A DNA stretch of 64,000 nucleotides from an uncultured delta proteobacterium (lineage in GTDB: Bacteria > Desulfobacterota > Desulfobacteria > Desulfobacterales > Desulfosalsimonadaceae), in assembly GCA_963826785.1 (NCBI GenBank), contig CAWGYD010000010.1, positions 96,001 through 160,000 of the forward strand, written 5' to 3'. Below are positions 13,609-23,225 of this stretch, in pieces. Within the stretch, counting starts at the first letter, position 1; each line of letters starts with the position of its first letter. Position numbers and translations under genes: made by a program. The notes under the pieces are model-generated. The model saw only the letters and a program-made list of their open reading frames with translations, was not told the DNA's origin and did no database searches.

Positions 13609-15402
13609 CTATTGCTCCCGCACGTTGAATTCCAGTTTCCATTTGCTGCCGTCTTCAATGGAAACACACCACAGTTCCAGAGTGCCGATTTCGGTAATCC
13701 GGATTTCAAGCGTTACCCGCCGGGTTTCACCGGTGCTGCCGTCCAGGGTGGTTTCCAGGGTCGTGATCTCTTCGATATCGCCCTCCCAGTCCTCGACTAT
13801 TGTGCCGGCATCGTCATGTTTGCGCACGGATGAGCCCAGAAAATCAAAACGGACCGGCTCCCCCACCACGAGAACGAACTCCTGGCGGGTGAGATGGGCG
13901 GAGGTCCCCTCTTCCATGCCGAACGGCGCCACGCAGAGCGCCTTGACCGGAGTGGGCATGCCGGGAACCGCAGGCATGGCAGCGGCAATTGATACATAAT
14001 AGGATTTGCCCAGTCCGCCGCGGATACGGATTCCCCGCCCTTTCCGGGCAATGCCGAAATATGCGGCCCCCCGGGCCACGGCCAGGTCGAACTCATTGGT
14101 ACCGATTTCAAGCAGGGGCGCATCGGCTTTTCGCCAACCGCCCAGGATGTCGAGAAAGCGCTTGCGGATGGGGGCGGGCTTCATGACCCCGCCGTTAAAC
14201 AGTACATGCGTGGGCAGGAGAGATGCCGACTGCTCGCTTTTTTGCTGCCGATTCAGAAAGCTGGCCAGATGGCGGGTGATCGCCGGATCGGATTCATAGG
14301 AGAGCCCGGCTTCCTGCAGCCCGATCCGGGTGGATTGCCGGGGGGAATCCGTGACGGCCGCCTCGGGAAAAAAGCCGTCCAGAATGACCTTTTCGATCTC
14401 ATCCCGGGGCAATTCGGCTTTTAAGGTGCCGCCGATCAGGCTGCTCCCCCGGCCCAGGATGGTCACGGGGTATTGGGCCAGGTCCGGGTGGGTCAGGATC
14501 TGTTCCTTGGCATTTCGACAGCTGTGGATCAATCCCCGCATCTGCCAGGTGTCCAGCCGGGTGCCTTTTTCGGCCATCTTCCGGGCGATGTAATAGGCCA
14601 GGGTGAGATCCATGTTGTCGCCGCCCACCAGAAGGTGGTTTCCCACCGCGATCCGCTCCAGTTGAAGATCGCCATCCTGTTCGGATACCTGGATCAGGCT
14701 GAAATCGGTGGTGCCCCCGCCCACATCGCATACCAGGATCAGATCCCCTTTTTTCACCGCTTTGCGCCACTGGTCGTCACTGGCGGCAATCCAGGCATAA
14801 AAGGCCGCCTGGGGTTCCTCCAGGAGGACGAGATGTTTCAACCCGGCCGTTTGGGCGGCCTGGACGGTCAGTTCGCGGGCCACCGCATCGAAGGAGGCGG
14901 GAACGGTGAGAAAGATTTCCTGATGCTCCATCCGGGCGGCATCGTCATCGGCGGCCATCTGATAATTCCATACATCCCGGATATATTTCAGAATCATCGC
15001 CGAGGCGTCCACCGGAGACATTTTGGACAGATCCTCTGGAGCGTCCCATGGCAGCACCGGCCTGTTGCGGTCGATGAGCGTATTGCACAGCCAGGATTTG
15101 GAAGAGGAAATGAGCCGCTGGGGGACTTCCGAGCCGCGCTGACGGGCGTATTCGCCCACCACAATGCCGTTTTCCGGATCCCATGGCAGTGAAAGGGCAT
15201 CCGCCGACATTTCTCCGGCACCCGGGAGAAAAATAAAGGACGGCAGCATGTCCCGGTTTTCCATCGTTCCGGAACCGACCAGCTGCGGAATCCGAAGGAC
15301 TCGAATATCGGGGGGCTGATCCGCGGTTTCAATGGGGGCATAGGCCACGATGGAGTTGGTGGTTCCCAGATCGATTCCAATCACGTAGATCGGTTCAGAC
15401 AC
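13609..15402 (-). CDS. Hsp70-family protein (non-DnaK)
   Basis: GIDLGTTNS, TVPASFD, EEPQAA, DVGGGTTD. Clear paralog of the downstream gene. Confidence 0.9.
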   Translation of the reverse strand: MSEPIYVIGIDLGTTNSIVAYAPIETADQPPDIRVLRIPQLVGSGTMENRDMLPSFIFLPGAGEMSADALSLPWDPENGIVVGEYARQRGSEVPQRLISSSKSWLCNTLIDRNRPVLPWDAPEDLSKMSPVDASAMILKYIRDVWNYQMAADDDAARMEHQEIFLTVPASFDAVARELTVQAAQTAGLKHLVLLEEPQAAFYAWIAASDDQWRKAVKKGDLILVCDVGGGTTDFSLIQVSEQDGDLQLERIAVGNHLLVGGDNMDLTLAYYIARKMAEKGTRLDTWQMRGLIHSCRNAKEQILTHPDLAQYPVTILGRGSSLIGGTLKAELPRDEIEKVILDGFFPEAAVTDSPRQSTRIGLQEAGLSYESDPAITRHLASFLNRQQKSEQSASLLPTHVLFNGGVMKPAPIRKRFLDILGGWRKADAPLLEIGTNEFDLAVARGAAYFGIARKGRGIRIRGGLGKSYYVSIAAAMPAVPGMPTPVKALCVAPFGMEEGTSAHLTRQEFVLVVGEPVRFDFLGSSVRKHDDAGTIVEDWEGDIEEITTLETTLDGSTGETRRVTLEIRITEIGTLELWCVSIEDGSKWKLEFNVREQ

Positions 15403-15425
15403 GTCTTTTCTCCTGCATCAACCGT

Positions 15426-16241
15426 TTACAAAATTTCGACTTCGGCCGGAGCGATGATCCGGCTGTCCCGGGTTCCGGAAAGGGTCGGCAGCTCGAGCTT
15501 GCCCGCACGCCATCCCTTGTGCCGCAATACGCCGCTGAAGGGCGGTTCCCCGGTAACATTGCCGGTCAGCTTGATGGCGCTGGGGTCAAAATCCGGTGCG
15601 ACGGTGATCTTTTCCCCCTCGGACTGATCGAGGACCGCTTTGGGTCCCAGGTGCTTGTTGATGGCCTTTCGGCAATTCTCCTGGATGCTGCGCACGGCCG
15701 CACCGATCTGGGCGTCTTCATACCGGCTCAGGTCTTCTTCGAAAAAATCGACGAGGCGGCCTTCCCTCTGCAGGACCGACAGCAAATGAAGATAATAGCG
15801 CTGGTTGGCTTCTATGACGGCTTCTCGGTCCTGCTGCGAGGCGACGCGCGCTTCCGGGGATTTTCGTTTCTTTTCCGCAGCCGCGCCTTTTGCCTTGTCC
15901 GGTTTTGCAGCCGCATCCGGGGCGATGCCAAATTTACGCAGCCGCCGTACGAAGGCGCCTCTTAAAATCAGCCATAAAATGAGGGCAAAAAGGATGAAGA
16001 TGGCCAGCAGCGCCGGAACGCTGTAGAGCCCCCAGCTCCGGATGACCGGCTGGACATGCGAAAGCCCTGCGGCCAGTTCCGGCGACCGGCCGGCAGCGTC
16101 GTTCAGCACCGAAAAAGAGATGTTGGACGAAAGCCAGTTCCAGATGAGATAACCGGCCCCTTCCAGCAAAAACGCCAGCATCAGCATTACCAAAAGGGAC
16201 CACAGTAAAATCCGGCGTGAATACGATTTGATGAGATTCAT
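15426..16241 (-). CDS. Membrane-anchored DUF2760 domain protein
   Basis: Two TM helices, then LLSVLQREGRLVDFFEE...GAAVR...LTGNVTGEPPFSGVLRHKGW...IAPAEVEI. RBS AAGGAG precedes ATG at 16241. Confidence 0.85.
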   Translation of the reverse strand: MNLIKSYSRRILLWSLLVMLMLAFLLEGAGYLIWNWLSSNISFSVLNDAAGRSPELAAGLSHVQPVIRSWGLYSVPALLAIFILFALILWLILRGAFVRRLRKFGIAPDAAAKPDKAKGAAAEKKRKSPEARVASQQDREAVIEANQRYYLHLLSVLQREGRLVDFFEEDLSRYEDAQIGAAVRSIQENCRKAINKHLGPKAVLDQSEGEKITVAPDFDPSAIKLTGNVTGEPPFSGVLRHKGWRAGKLELPTLSGTRDSRIIAPAEVEIL

Positions 16242-16610
16242 TTCCTGACTCCTTGATTCATCCTGGTTGCCGATATTCTTATAACGCACGGGGATTGTCC
16301 ATCCGGGCCCCGCCGGGCAGCGGATCAAAAAAACAGATAAAAAGCCGCCTTGATCCGGGACCGTCAACCCGTCGGACGCAAAGCAAAGGGCATTAATTAA
16401 ATTGAACCCACCATGCTGTCAAGGAACTTTTGATTTCACCTGATCAATAAGAATTAGACATTTCAGGGAAATTTCAAATATAGGATTCGATGCCCCATCC
16501 CGCAAGGAGCTGAGTCCGGACAGGGGGAGATCGGCCAAAAGGGTCTTGAATATCAGCCAAGGGCGGTCTATATTGGTTTTTTATACTTGGAAAGCAAGGA
16601 ATGAATATAA

Positions 16611-16790
16611 ATGACGGTGAAGAGAGACAAGTTTGATTTTGAGATCGGATATTTAATGAAAAGCCCGTGCAGGGAGTGCATCTACCGGGATCATCTCCCG
16701 AACTGCTCGGATCAGTGCCTCCTGCTGGATAAACTCCGCATCATTTTATCCAAAGGCATTTCCTGTACGGGGAAGTATCCCCGCAGCTGA
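16611..16790 (+). CDS. Small Cys-rich putative metal-binding protein (59 aa)
   Basis: Manual translation: MTVKRDKFDFEIGYLMKSPCRECIYRDHLPNCSDQCLLLDKLRIILSKGISCTGKYPRS. AAGGA lies upstream and a hairpin downstream. Below the ORF-track cutoff. Confidence 0.7.
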   Translation: MTVKRDKFDFEIGYLMKSPCRECIYRDHLPNCSDQCLLLDKLRIILSKGISCTGKYPRS

Positions 16791-16803
16791 ATTCCCGCGC
16801 TTG

Positions 16804-16840
16804 AAAAAAAAATCGCGCAGCCGAGAGGCTGCGCGATTTA
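16804..16840. terminator. Intrinsic terminator (U-tract on minus strand, probably bidirectional)
   Basis: Perfect 13-bp stem AAATCGCGCAGCC-GAGA-GGCTGCGCGATTT with an A-run on the left, between convergent genes. Confidence 0.85.
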
Positions 16841-16859
16841 AAATCTATTTTTCGCAAAC

Positions 16860-17204
16860 TTATTCCTTGGCGGACTGCACTTCTTCCGCCGCATTTTCCA
16901 TGGTTGCTTCCGCTTTTCCGGTTACGTCCCCCACCGTGATCATATTGATGTTATCGGCAAGGGTTTTGGGGCCGATTCCCTTAACATTTACCAGGTCTTC
17001 CGGGCTGGAAAACATGCCGTTTTCCTGCCGGTACGCAACGATATCCGCGGCGATTTTTTCCCCGACGCCTTTGAGCTGGGTCAGTTCGTCGGCCGTTGCG
17101 GTATTGATGTTGATCTTTGCCGCATCCTCAGCCATTGCAATGCCCGAAAATCCGATGATCAAACCGATTACAACCAGCCATGCGAGTAACTTTCTGTTGT
17201 GCAT
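16860..17204 (-). CDS. comEA: ComEA-family helix-hairpin-helix DNA-binding protein
   Basis: Signal peptide (AMA), ININTATADELTQLKGVGEKIA..I..YR, VKGIGPKT. RBS AAGGAG precedes ATG at 17204. Confidence 0.85.
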   Translation of the reverse strand: MHNRKLLAWLVVIGLIIGFSGIAMAEDAAKININTATADELTQLKGVGEKIAADIVAYRQENGMFSSPEDLVNVKGIGPKTLADNINMITVGDVTGKAEATMENAAEEVQSAKE

Positions 17205-17272
17205 CTTGCGCTCCTTTCCAAAGATTAGAGGGTAACGTGAGTCAGGTACATAGAGCACTCACCTGCTGAAAA

Positions 17273-17301
17273 ATTATTCACAAACTAAAAATAAATGTCA
17301 A
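17273..17301 (-). promoter_or_regulatory. Putative sigma70 promoter for comEA
   Basis: TTGACA-N17-AATAAT on the minus strand in an AT-rich intergenic region. Confidence 0.55.
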
Positions 17302-17390
17302 GAGTTATTAGTATTAAACGTTTGTTTGAATCAAATCAGGCAATTCATTATGACAAAATTTTTAGAGATGATCTATATAGAATGTAGTTT

Positions 17391-18356
17391 TTATGGTAGA
17401 TGAGCAGGTTCGTCGCAACTCAACGCCTGCTGCTTCAGCCTTTCATTCAAAAATTCAAGCTGATACGCCAGAACACGGGTGATTGCCATGGAATAGCCTG
17501 CTCTTTGCGCCGCTTCGATGGGTCGCCAGTAGATTTCATCGATCTCAAGCGGTCGCCCGGCAGCAAAATCGAGTTTCATGCTGGGACTGTAATCGATCAT
17601 ACGCCGGGTGGCGGTCATCATTTTGTCGGCGAATTCATCGGGAATTTGAAAACCGCAAGCACGGGCCGCGCCGATGACCTCCATCATGATCGTTTTCACC
17701 AGGGCGACCGTTGCGGTGCTATTCATCAGCATGTCGGTGGTGGCGTTCAGGACCACGGTCAACCCGTTAAAGCCCATGTTCCATACCAGTTTCTCCCAGC
17801 GCGCTTTTCCCAAATCCTCCGCCACCACCACGGAAACCCCCGCTTTACTGAAAACATCCGCGATGAGTTTCAATTCCCGGGTCACACCGGCCGCTTCATA
17901 ACCGGACCGGTACTGCCCCAGGCGGACGCTGCCGTAGTCAAGATGACGGATAAATCCAGGGCCCGCCTTGTGGCTGCACAAAAAGCAAAGGCCACCCACA
18001 ACGGTTGATTTGGGCATCATATCGGCGACATCCTTTTCGACATCGAGCCCATTCTGCAGCAGCACCACGATCCCCCTTTTTTTAGTCATCTTCGGCAGAA
18101 TATGAGCGAGCAGGCCGTTTTGGGTTGTTTTCAGGGCCACGATGGCGACATCGCATGCCGGCATATCCTCCGCCCGCTGATAAGCGTTCACCGCATCTAT
18201 GGCAAAATCCCCGTTTTTCGATTCCACCATTAATCCGTACTGCCGCACGTGCTCATAATCGCTGTGCAGCAGGAAATGAACATCAAACCCGGACCGTGCC
18301 AGCAATCCGCCATAATATCCCCCCACTGCACCCGTACCGATAATTCCGATTTTCAC
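17391..18356 (-). CDS. panE: 2-dehydropantoate 2-reductase (ketopantoate reductase family)
   Basis: GTGAVGG, LQNGL, WEKLVWN, SMKLD..GRPLE. GGAGG RBS precedes GTG at 18356. Confidence 0.85.
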   Translation of the reverse strand: MKIGIIGTGAVGGYYGGLLARSGFDVHFLLHSDYEHVRQYGLMVESKNGDFAIDAVNAYQRAEDMPACDVAIVALKTTQNGLLAHILPKMTKKRGIVVLLQNGLDVEKDVADMMPKSTVVGGLCFLCSHKAGPGFIRHLDYGSVRLGQYRSGYEAAGVTRELKLIADVFSKAGVSVVVAEDLGKARWEKLVWNMGFNGLTVVLNATTDMLMNSTATVALVKTIMMEVIGAARACGFQIPDEFADKMMTATRRMIDYSPSMKLDFAAGRPLEIDEIYWRPIEAAQRAGYSMAITRVLAYQLEFLNERLKQQALSCDEPAHLP

Positions 18357-18674
18357 GAATCCTCCCTTTATTCGCATTCAACCTGGAACAAATTCATTTC
18401 ATTCAAATGCGATTTGTTATCCGATTTGTGCCGGAAGTTCAAGAAATTGCAGACGCACAAAGAAGCGCGGGGTGCATCGGTTGATCGCGGATGCGCACAG
18501 TCGTTAAAATTCATTTTCAGGCATATTAAAAGTTGATAAAAGTCGGCACCCCATGTTACGGTCATTTATCTGTATATGCTGACTTCACGACCCTGCGATA
18601 ACGCTGCGCCCCGGCATAAAATTGCAGATCATCCGATTTTAAAAATCTAAAACAGATACACTGGGAGGGCATTC

Positions 18675-20264
18675 ATGGCCGCTAAACCTGAAGCTGCCAA
18701 TTCGGTTTCCGCGAAGGACCGGTTAGGAGAGGCGCTGGTCAAGCATAATCTGATTAATCCCCAACAGCTTGAAAAAGCATTGAAGCGACGTTCACAGGTC
18801 GATCTTCCGCTGGGATCGATTCTGATCGAAATGGGGTTTATCAGCACCGACGAACTGCTTGATTTCCTGTCCAAGAAATTTGCCGTCCCTGCGGTGAACC
18901 TTTTTAAAATCGATATTGATCAGCATGTCCTGGACCTGGTTCCCCAGGAAAAAATGAAACAGTTCAAGATCCTGCCCATCGAGATGGAAAACAACCGGCT
19001 CACCCTGGCCATGGTCAGCCCCCATGATTTCATGACCATCAGTGATCTGGAATTTACCATCGGCAAAAAGATCAAGCCGGTGATCGTCCCTTATTTCATG
19101 ATGGAATCGGCACTGGGGCTCCTGTCGTCATCCTATGAAGATGGTCTCAAAGGCGAAGCCATCGCCCAGGCAGCCCTTGAAGAATCGAGTGTCACCCAGC
19201 ACGCCCCCAAAATTGACGTCCTGCTCAAATACATGGTCAAGTCCGGTGCAAGCGATATGATCCTCACTGCCGGTGTGCCGCCCTCCATCAAGGCGAGTAA
19301 CGAAGTAAAACGCCTGGCCACTGTTTCACTGACACCCGAGGATACCGAATCCTACGCCCGGTCCCTGCTCTCAAAAGCGGACTGGGAGAAATTCAAAGTC
19401 ACAAAAGAACTCGATATTTCCATCACCTTTCCCGAGATCGCACGGTTTCGCATCAATTTTTACCGCCAGCGCGGTTCGGTGGCCATTACCATCCGCCACG
19501 TGATGGACCGGCTCCCCTCCCTCAAAGAACTCGGGCTGCCCGAATGGATCAGGGATTATGCGCTCCGGCACCAGGGATTGATCCTGATCTCGGGCCCCGC
19601 GGGGCACGGGAAATCGACCACCCTGTGTTCCATGGTGGATATCATCAATACGCATCGGAGATGCAACATTCTCACCCTCGAAGACCCCATTGAATATCTC
19701 CACAAGCATCGCAAGAGCAACGTCAATCAGCGGGAAATCGGACGGGACACGGAATCCTTTGAAACCGGGCTGCGGTCGATTTTCCGGCAGGCACCGGATG
19801 TTATCGTTATCGGAGAACTCAGGGACAAGGAATCTTTTGAAATCGCCCTGCGGGCTGCCCGAACAGGCCATCTGGTGCTCAGCACCATGAACGCGGCCAA
19901 TTCGACTGCCGTCATCCGGATCGTCATCAATATGTTTCCGCCCCACCAACAGGACCTCATCCGCATGCTGTTGTCCGAATCGCTGCTGCTCTCCATGGCC
20001 CAGCGGCTGATCCCCCGGCGGGACCACTCCGGGATGGTGCTCGCCGCCGAACGGTTCATCAATTCAAACCGCATCAGCAACCTGATCCGGGAGGACAAAA
20101 CCCATCAGATTCGATCCATGATGGAGACCGGCGCAGAAGAATTCAGTCCGCTGGAACTAAGCCTCGCCAATCTGTACAAATCCGGCAAGATCGAATTCGA
20201 AGACGGGTTGATGCATGCCACCAGCCAGCAGCTTTACCGGGATTTGACCGGGGTATCGGTATAA
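18675..20264 (+). CDS. PilT/PilU-family type IV pilus ATPase with N-terminal MshEN/GSPII-E N domain
   Basis: RLGEALVKHNLI..QQL..AL / LGSILIEMGFI tandem motif, Walker A GPAGHGKST, TLEDPIE, DVIVIGELRD, TGHLV, ISNLIRE. Confidence 0.88.
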   Translation: MAAKPEAANSVSAKDRLGEALVKHNLINPQQLEKALKRRSQVDLPLGSILIEMGFISTDELLDFLSKKFAVPAVNLFKIDIDQHVLDLVPQEKMKQFKILPIEMENNRLTLAMVSPHDFMTISDLEFTIGKKIKPVIVPYFMMESALGLLSSSYEDGLKGEAIAQAALEESSVTQHAPKIDVLLKYMVKSGASDMILTAGVPPSIKASNEVKRLATVSLTPEDTESYARSLLSKADWEKFKVTKELDISITFPEIARFRINFYRQRGSVAITIRHVMDRLPSLKELGLPEWIRDYALRHQGLILISGPAGHGKSTTLCSMVDIINTHRRCNILTLEDPIEYLHKHRKSNVNQREIGRDTESFETGLRSIFRQAPDVIVIGELRDKESFEIALRAARTGHLVLSTMNAANSTAVIRIVINMFPPHQQDLIRMLLSESLLLSMAQRLIPRRDHSGMVLAAERFINSNRISNLIREDKTHQIRSMMETGAEEFSPLELSLANLYKSGKIEFEDGLMHATSQQLYRDLTGVSV

Positions 20265-20357
20265 GGTTGCAACTCTTTTCCCCTGATGTCTGCGATGTGG
20301 TTTCGGCTCTGCCGCAGGCATCAGGCCGCACGGTGATAAGCCCGCCCCTGGAAACAA

Positions 20358-21272
20358 ATGTCTGCAAATATACAGCGCATGAATATCAACTGCCTTGAGA
20401 TCATCGACAACATACCGATTGGCGTCTACTTCACCGACTGCAGCCGAAAAATCACCTTCTGGAACCGGCATGCCGAAAATATCACCGGATATCTGTCCGC
20501 CGAAGTCGTTGGGTGCCATTGCCACGATAATATCCTGATGCATATCGATGAAAACGGGGACGGCCTGTGCAATGGATTGTGCCCGCTGGCCATGACCATC
20601 GAAGACGGCATCCTCCGGGAGGCCCAGGTGTTCCTCCGCCATAAGCAGGGCCACCGCAAGATTGTCCGGGTGCACACCTTTCAGCTCAAGGATGATCAGG
20701 GGAAGGTGGTGGGCGCCGCCGAGTTTTTTATGGATATCAGCCTGTTTTCCGAAATCGAACGGCGCGCCAAAGAACTTGAAAAAATCGCCTACATGGACGG
20801 TCTGACCCAGCTGCCGAACCGGGAGCATGTCGAGTCAAAACTCAAGGCCCTGATCCAGGAGCATCAGCGATACGGAATGAAGTTTGCCGTATTTTTCATC
20901 GACATCGACCATTTCAAGCAATTCAATGACACCTATGGACATGAAGCCGGAGATCGTGTTCTAAAAACCATTGCAGCCACCTTCCGCTCCGCATCGCGTC
21001 CATTCGATTTGTTCGGCAGGTGGGGCGGTGAGGAGTTTGTGGGTCTCATCCGGCATATTGATTCGGATACCATGGCTCAAGTGGGACGCCGCTACCGGAA
21101 GCTGATCGAGAAATCGAGCATCGATATAGATGGGAAATCTATCCACATTACCATATCCATTGGCGGAACCCTGGCCCTTAAGACCGATACCATCGAATCC
21201 GTCATCCGGCGGGCCGACCGGCTGATGTATCAAAGCAAGCAGAAAGGCCGCAATTGTCTGACCACGGATTAA
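20358..21272 (+). CDS. PAS-GGDEF diguanylate cyclase
   Basis: PAS domain (WNRHAENITGY), DIDHFKQFNDTYGH, RPFD I-site, GGEEF active site. Confidence 0.92.
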   Translation: MSANIQRMNINCLEIIDNIPIGVYFTDCSRKITFWNRHAENITGYLSAEVVGCHCHDNILMHIDENGDGLCNGLCPLAMTIEDGILREAQVFLRHKQGHRKIVRVHTFQLKDDQGKVVGAAEFFMDISLFSEIERRAKELEKIAYMDGLTQLPNREHVESKLKALIQEHQRYGMKFAVFFIDIDHFKQFNDTYGHEAGDRVLKTIAATFRSASRPFDLFGRWGGEEFVGLIRHIDSDTMAQVGRRYRKLIEKSSIDIDGKSIHITISIGGTLALKTDTIESVIRRADRLMYQSKQKGRNCLTTD

Positions 21273-21309
21273 GCGCCGGATGGCGTTAACCTGAAAAAGG
21301 CGATTTACA

Positions 21310-22314
21310 TTGCTGTATCACTTGCAACAGATCACGAAATCTTACAACGGGGCCACGGTTTTGGATATTCCGGAACTCACCCTGCAGGCCGGGCGGATTT
21401 ATGCCTTGGCCGGCCCGAACGGAGCGGGCAAAACCACCCTTTTGCATATTCTCGGTTTTCTGATACCGCCAAGCTCCGGAACAATCGATTTTGCGAATCT
21501 GCCCGTCCGGTTTAGCGACCATCACCTGATGCCGCTCAGGAAACGGGTGGTGCTGGTGGAACAAAGCCCGATTCTATTTTCCAACACCGTTGGCGAAAAC
21601 ATCGGATTTGGCTTGAAAATGCGCGGGTTTGCCAAATCCGACCGCAATGGGATGATCGAATCGATGCTCGAACTGGTGGGCATGACCCGGTTCAAGGGGG
21701 CGGATGCGCGATTTCTATCCGGCGGCGAAACCCGTCGGGTGGCCATCGCACGGGCCCTTGCCTGCAATCCCGAAGTGCTTCTCCTTGATGAACCCACCGC
21801 CGACCTGGATCCGGAAAATCAGGTGGCCATCGAGCGGATTATCCGGATGATCCACCATGAAAAAAACATTACCATTGTCCTGTGCACCCACAATCAGCTG
21901 CAAGCCGCCCGGCTGACCCGGGATCAAATCTGCCTGATGGGTGGCCGACTGACCGATACGGTTTATGAAAACAGGTTCAACGGCGAGCGGATATATGAAA
22001 ACAACCGCTGTTTTTACCGGATCGCCGAAAATGTATTGATCCCGGCGGATGCACAGGATAAGAACAAAATGACCCGGGTGTCCATATCGCCCAGAAGCAT
22101 TAAATTCGCGGCTCCGGAAGATGCCGGGGCTTGTCCGGCATATGATGCCAGGGTCATTCAGATGACGGAAGAAGGTGAGCATATCAAGGCCATCATCGAT
22201 GTGGGGGTTTTCATGCATATGCTGATGACCCGAAACGAGTATCGAAATCTGACGGTGCGGGTGGGAGACCGGGTGCGGGTCTGCATTCAGCCGGCGGGCA
22301 TAACACAGCTATGA
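21310..22314 (+). CDS. ABC transporter ATP-binding protein, tungstate/molybdate (TupC/ModC-like) with C-terminal TOBE-like domain
   Basis: GPNGAGKT, LSGGE, LLLDEPT, H-loop, C-terminal OB-like region. Substrate is inferred. Confidence 0.75.
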   Translation: MLYHLQQITKSYNGATVLDIPELTLQAGRIYALAGPNGAGKTTLLHILGFLIPPSSGTIDFANLPVRFSDHHLMPLRKRVVLVEQSPILFSNTVGENIGFGLKMRGFAKSDRNGMIESMLELVGMTRFKGADARFLSGGETRRVAIARALACNPEVLLLDEPTADLDPENQVAIERIIRMIHHEKNITIVLCTHNQLQAARLTRDQICLMGGRLTDTVYENRFNGERIYENNRCFYRIAENVLIPADAQDKNKMTRVSISPRSIKFAAPEDAGACPAYDARVIQMTEEGEHIKAIIDVGVFMHMLMTRNEYRNLTVRVGDRVRVCIQPAGITQL

Positions 22315-22318
22315 GTGG

Positions 22319-23089
22319 GTGGGGATGACAGTTTCGGGAAACAACGGTCCAAAACCTTCAACTGATAAAATTGCCGTTATTTCGGATATTCACGGGAACG
22401 CAACGGCACTCAGCGCCGTTTTAAGCGATATCGACGCCCAGAAAATCCGGCAGGTGATCAGTCTCGGGGATAATATCGGGTACGGACCTGAACCGGAAAA
22501 GGTGGTTCAGCTCATCCGGGATCGTAAAATTCCATCCGTTATGGGAAACCATGAACTGGCCATCAGCAATCCCGAATTTCTGGCCTGGTTCAATCCGGTG
22601 GCCCGCACTTCTCTGGAAAAAACCAAGACCCTGATCAGTGCAGATACCATCGACTATGTTTCCGGGCTACCCAACAGCCGGGTCATCAAAGACTGCCGGT
22701 TTGTCCACGGATTCCCGCCCGAATCCCCCACCCAGTATCTTTTCGAAATGCCCGAAGAAAAAACAATTGAGGCACTGACCGAATTAGCGGAGCGGATCTG
22801 TTTTATCGGGCACACCCACGAATTGCTCCTGATTGGTTATAATGGCGCCGAACTGCTCCGTCAGCCCCTTAAACGGGGGGAATATCCGCTTCAGCAGAAT
22901 TTTACGTATATCGTCAATGCGGGATCAGTGGGCCAGCCCCGGGACGGAGACAGCCATGCCAAGTACGTCATCTGGGACATGGCCGCAGAGGTGCTGGAAG
23001 TCCGGTATGTTCTCTACGATATCGCCGATACGGTCCAGAAAATCTACCAGGCCGGACTCCCGGAGCAGCATGCCTGGCGCCTGATGTAA
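22319..23089 (+). CDS. Calcineurin-like metallophosphoesterase
   Basis: SDIHGN, LGD..GYG, GNHE, HG, GHTH, NAGSVGQPRD. Confidence 0.9.
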   Translation: MGMTVSGNNGPKPSTDKIAVISDIHGNATALSAVLSDIDAQKIRQVISLGDNIGYGPEPEKVVQLIRDRKIPSVMGNHELAISNPEFLAWFNPVARTSLEKTKTLISADTIDYVSGLPNSRVIKDCRFVHGFPPESPTQYLFEMPEEKTIEALTELAERICFIGHTHELLLIGYNGAELLRQPLKRGEYPLQQNFTYIVNAGSVGQPRDGDSHAKYVIWDMAAEVLEVRYVLYDIADTVQKIYQAGLPEQHAWRLM

Positions 23090-23225
23090 TCAGACCGGAC
23101 CGCAAAAGCGCATTTTCAGTCCCCCCCCGCATACTTGAGACTTTCGACCCTCACACTCACAATGCCCCAGCCGTATCTTGGACCCGAACGGCAGCTTTTA
23201 ACAGGCATAACGCTGGACAAAGGCA

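Noticed and set aside
18612..18626. sigma54-like site CGGCATAAAATTGCA upstream of the PilT-like gene
   Set aside because: Spacing is GG-N9-GC rather than the required GG-N10-GC. Only plausible if the A-run is miscalled.
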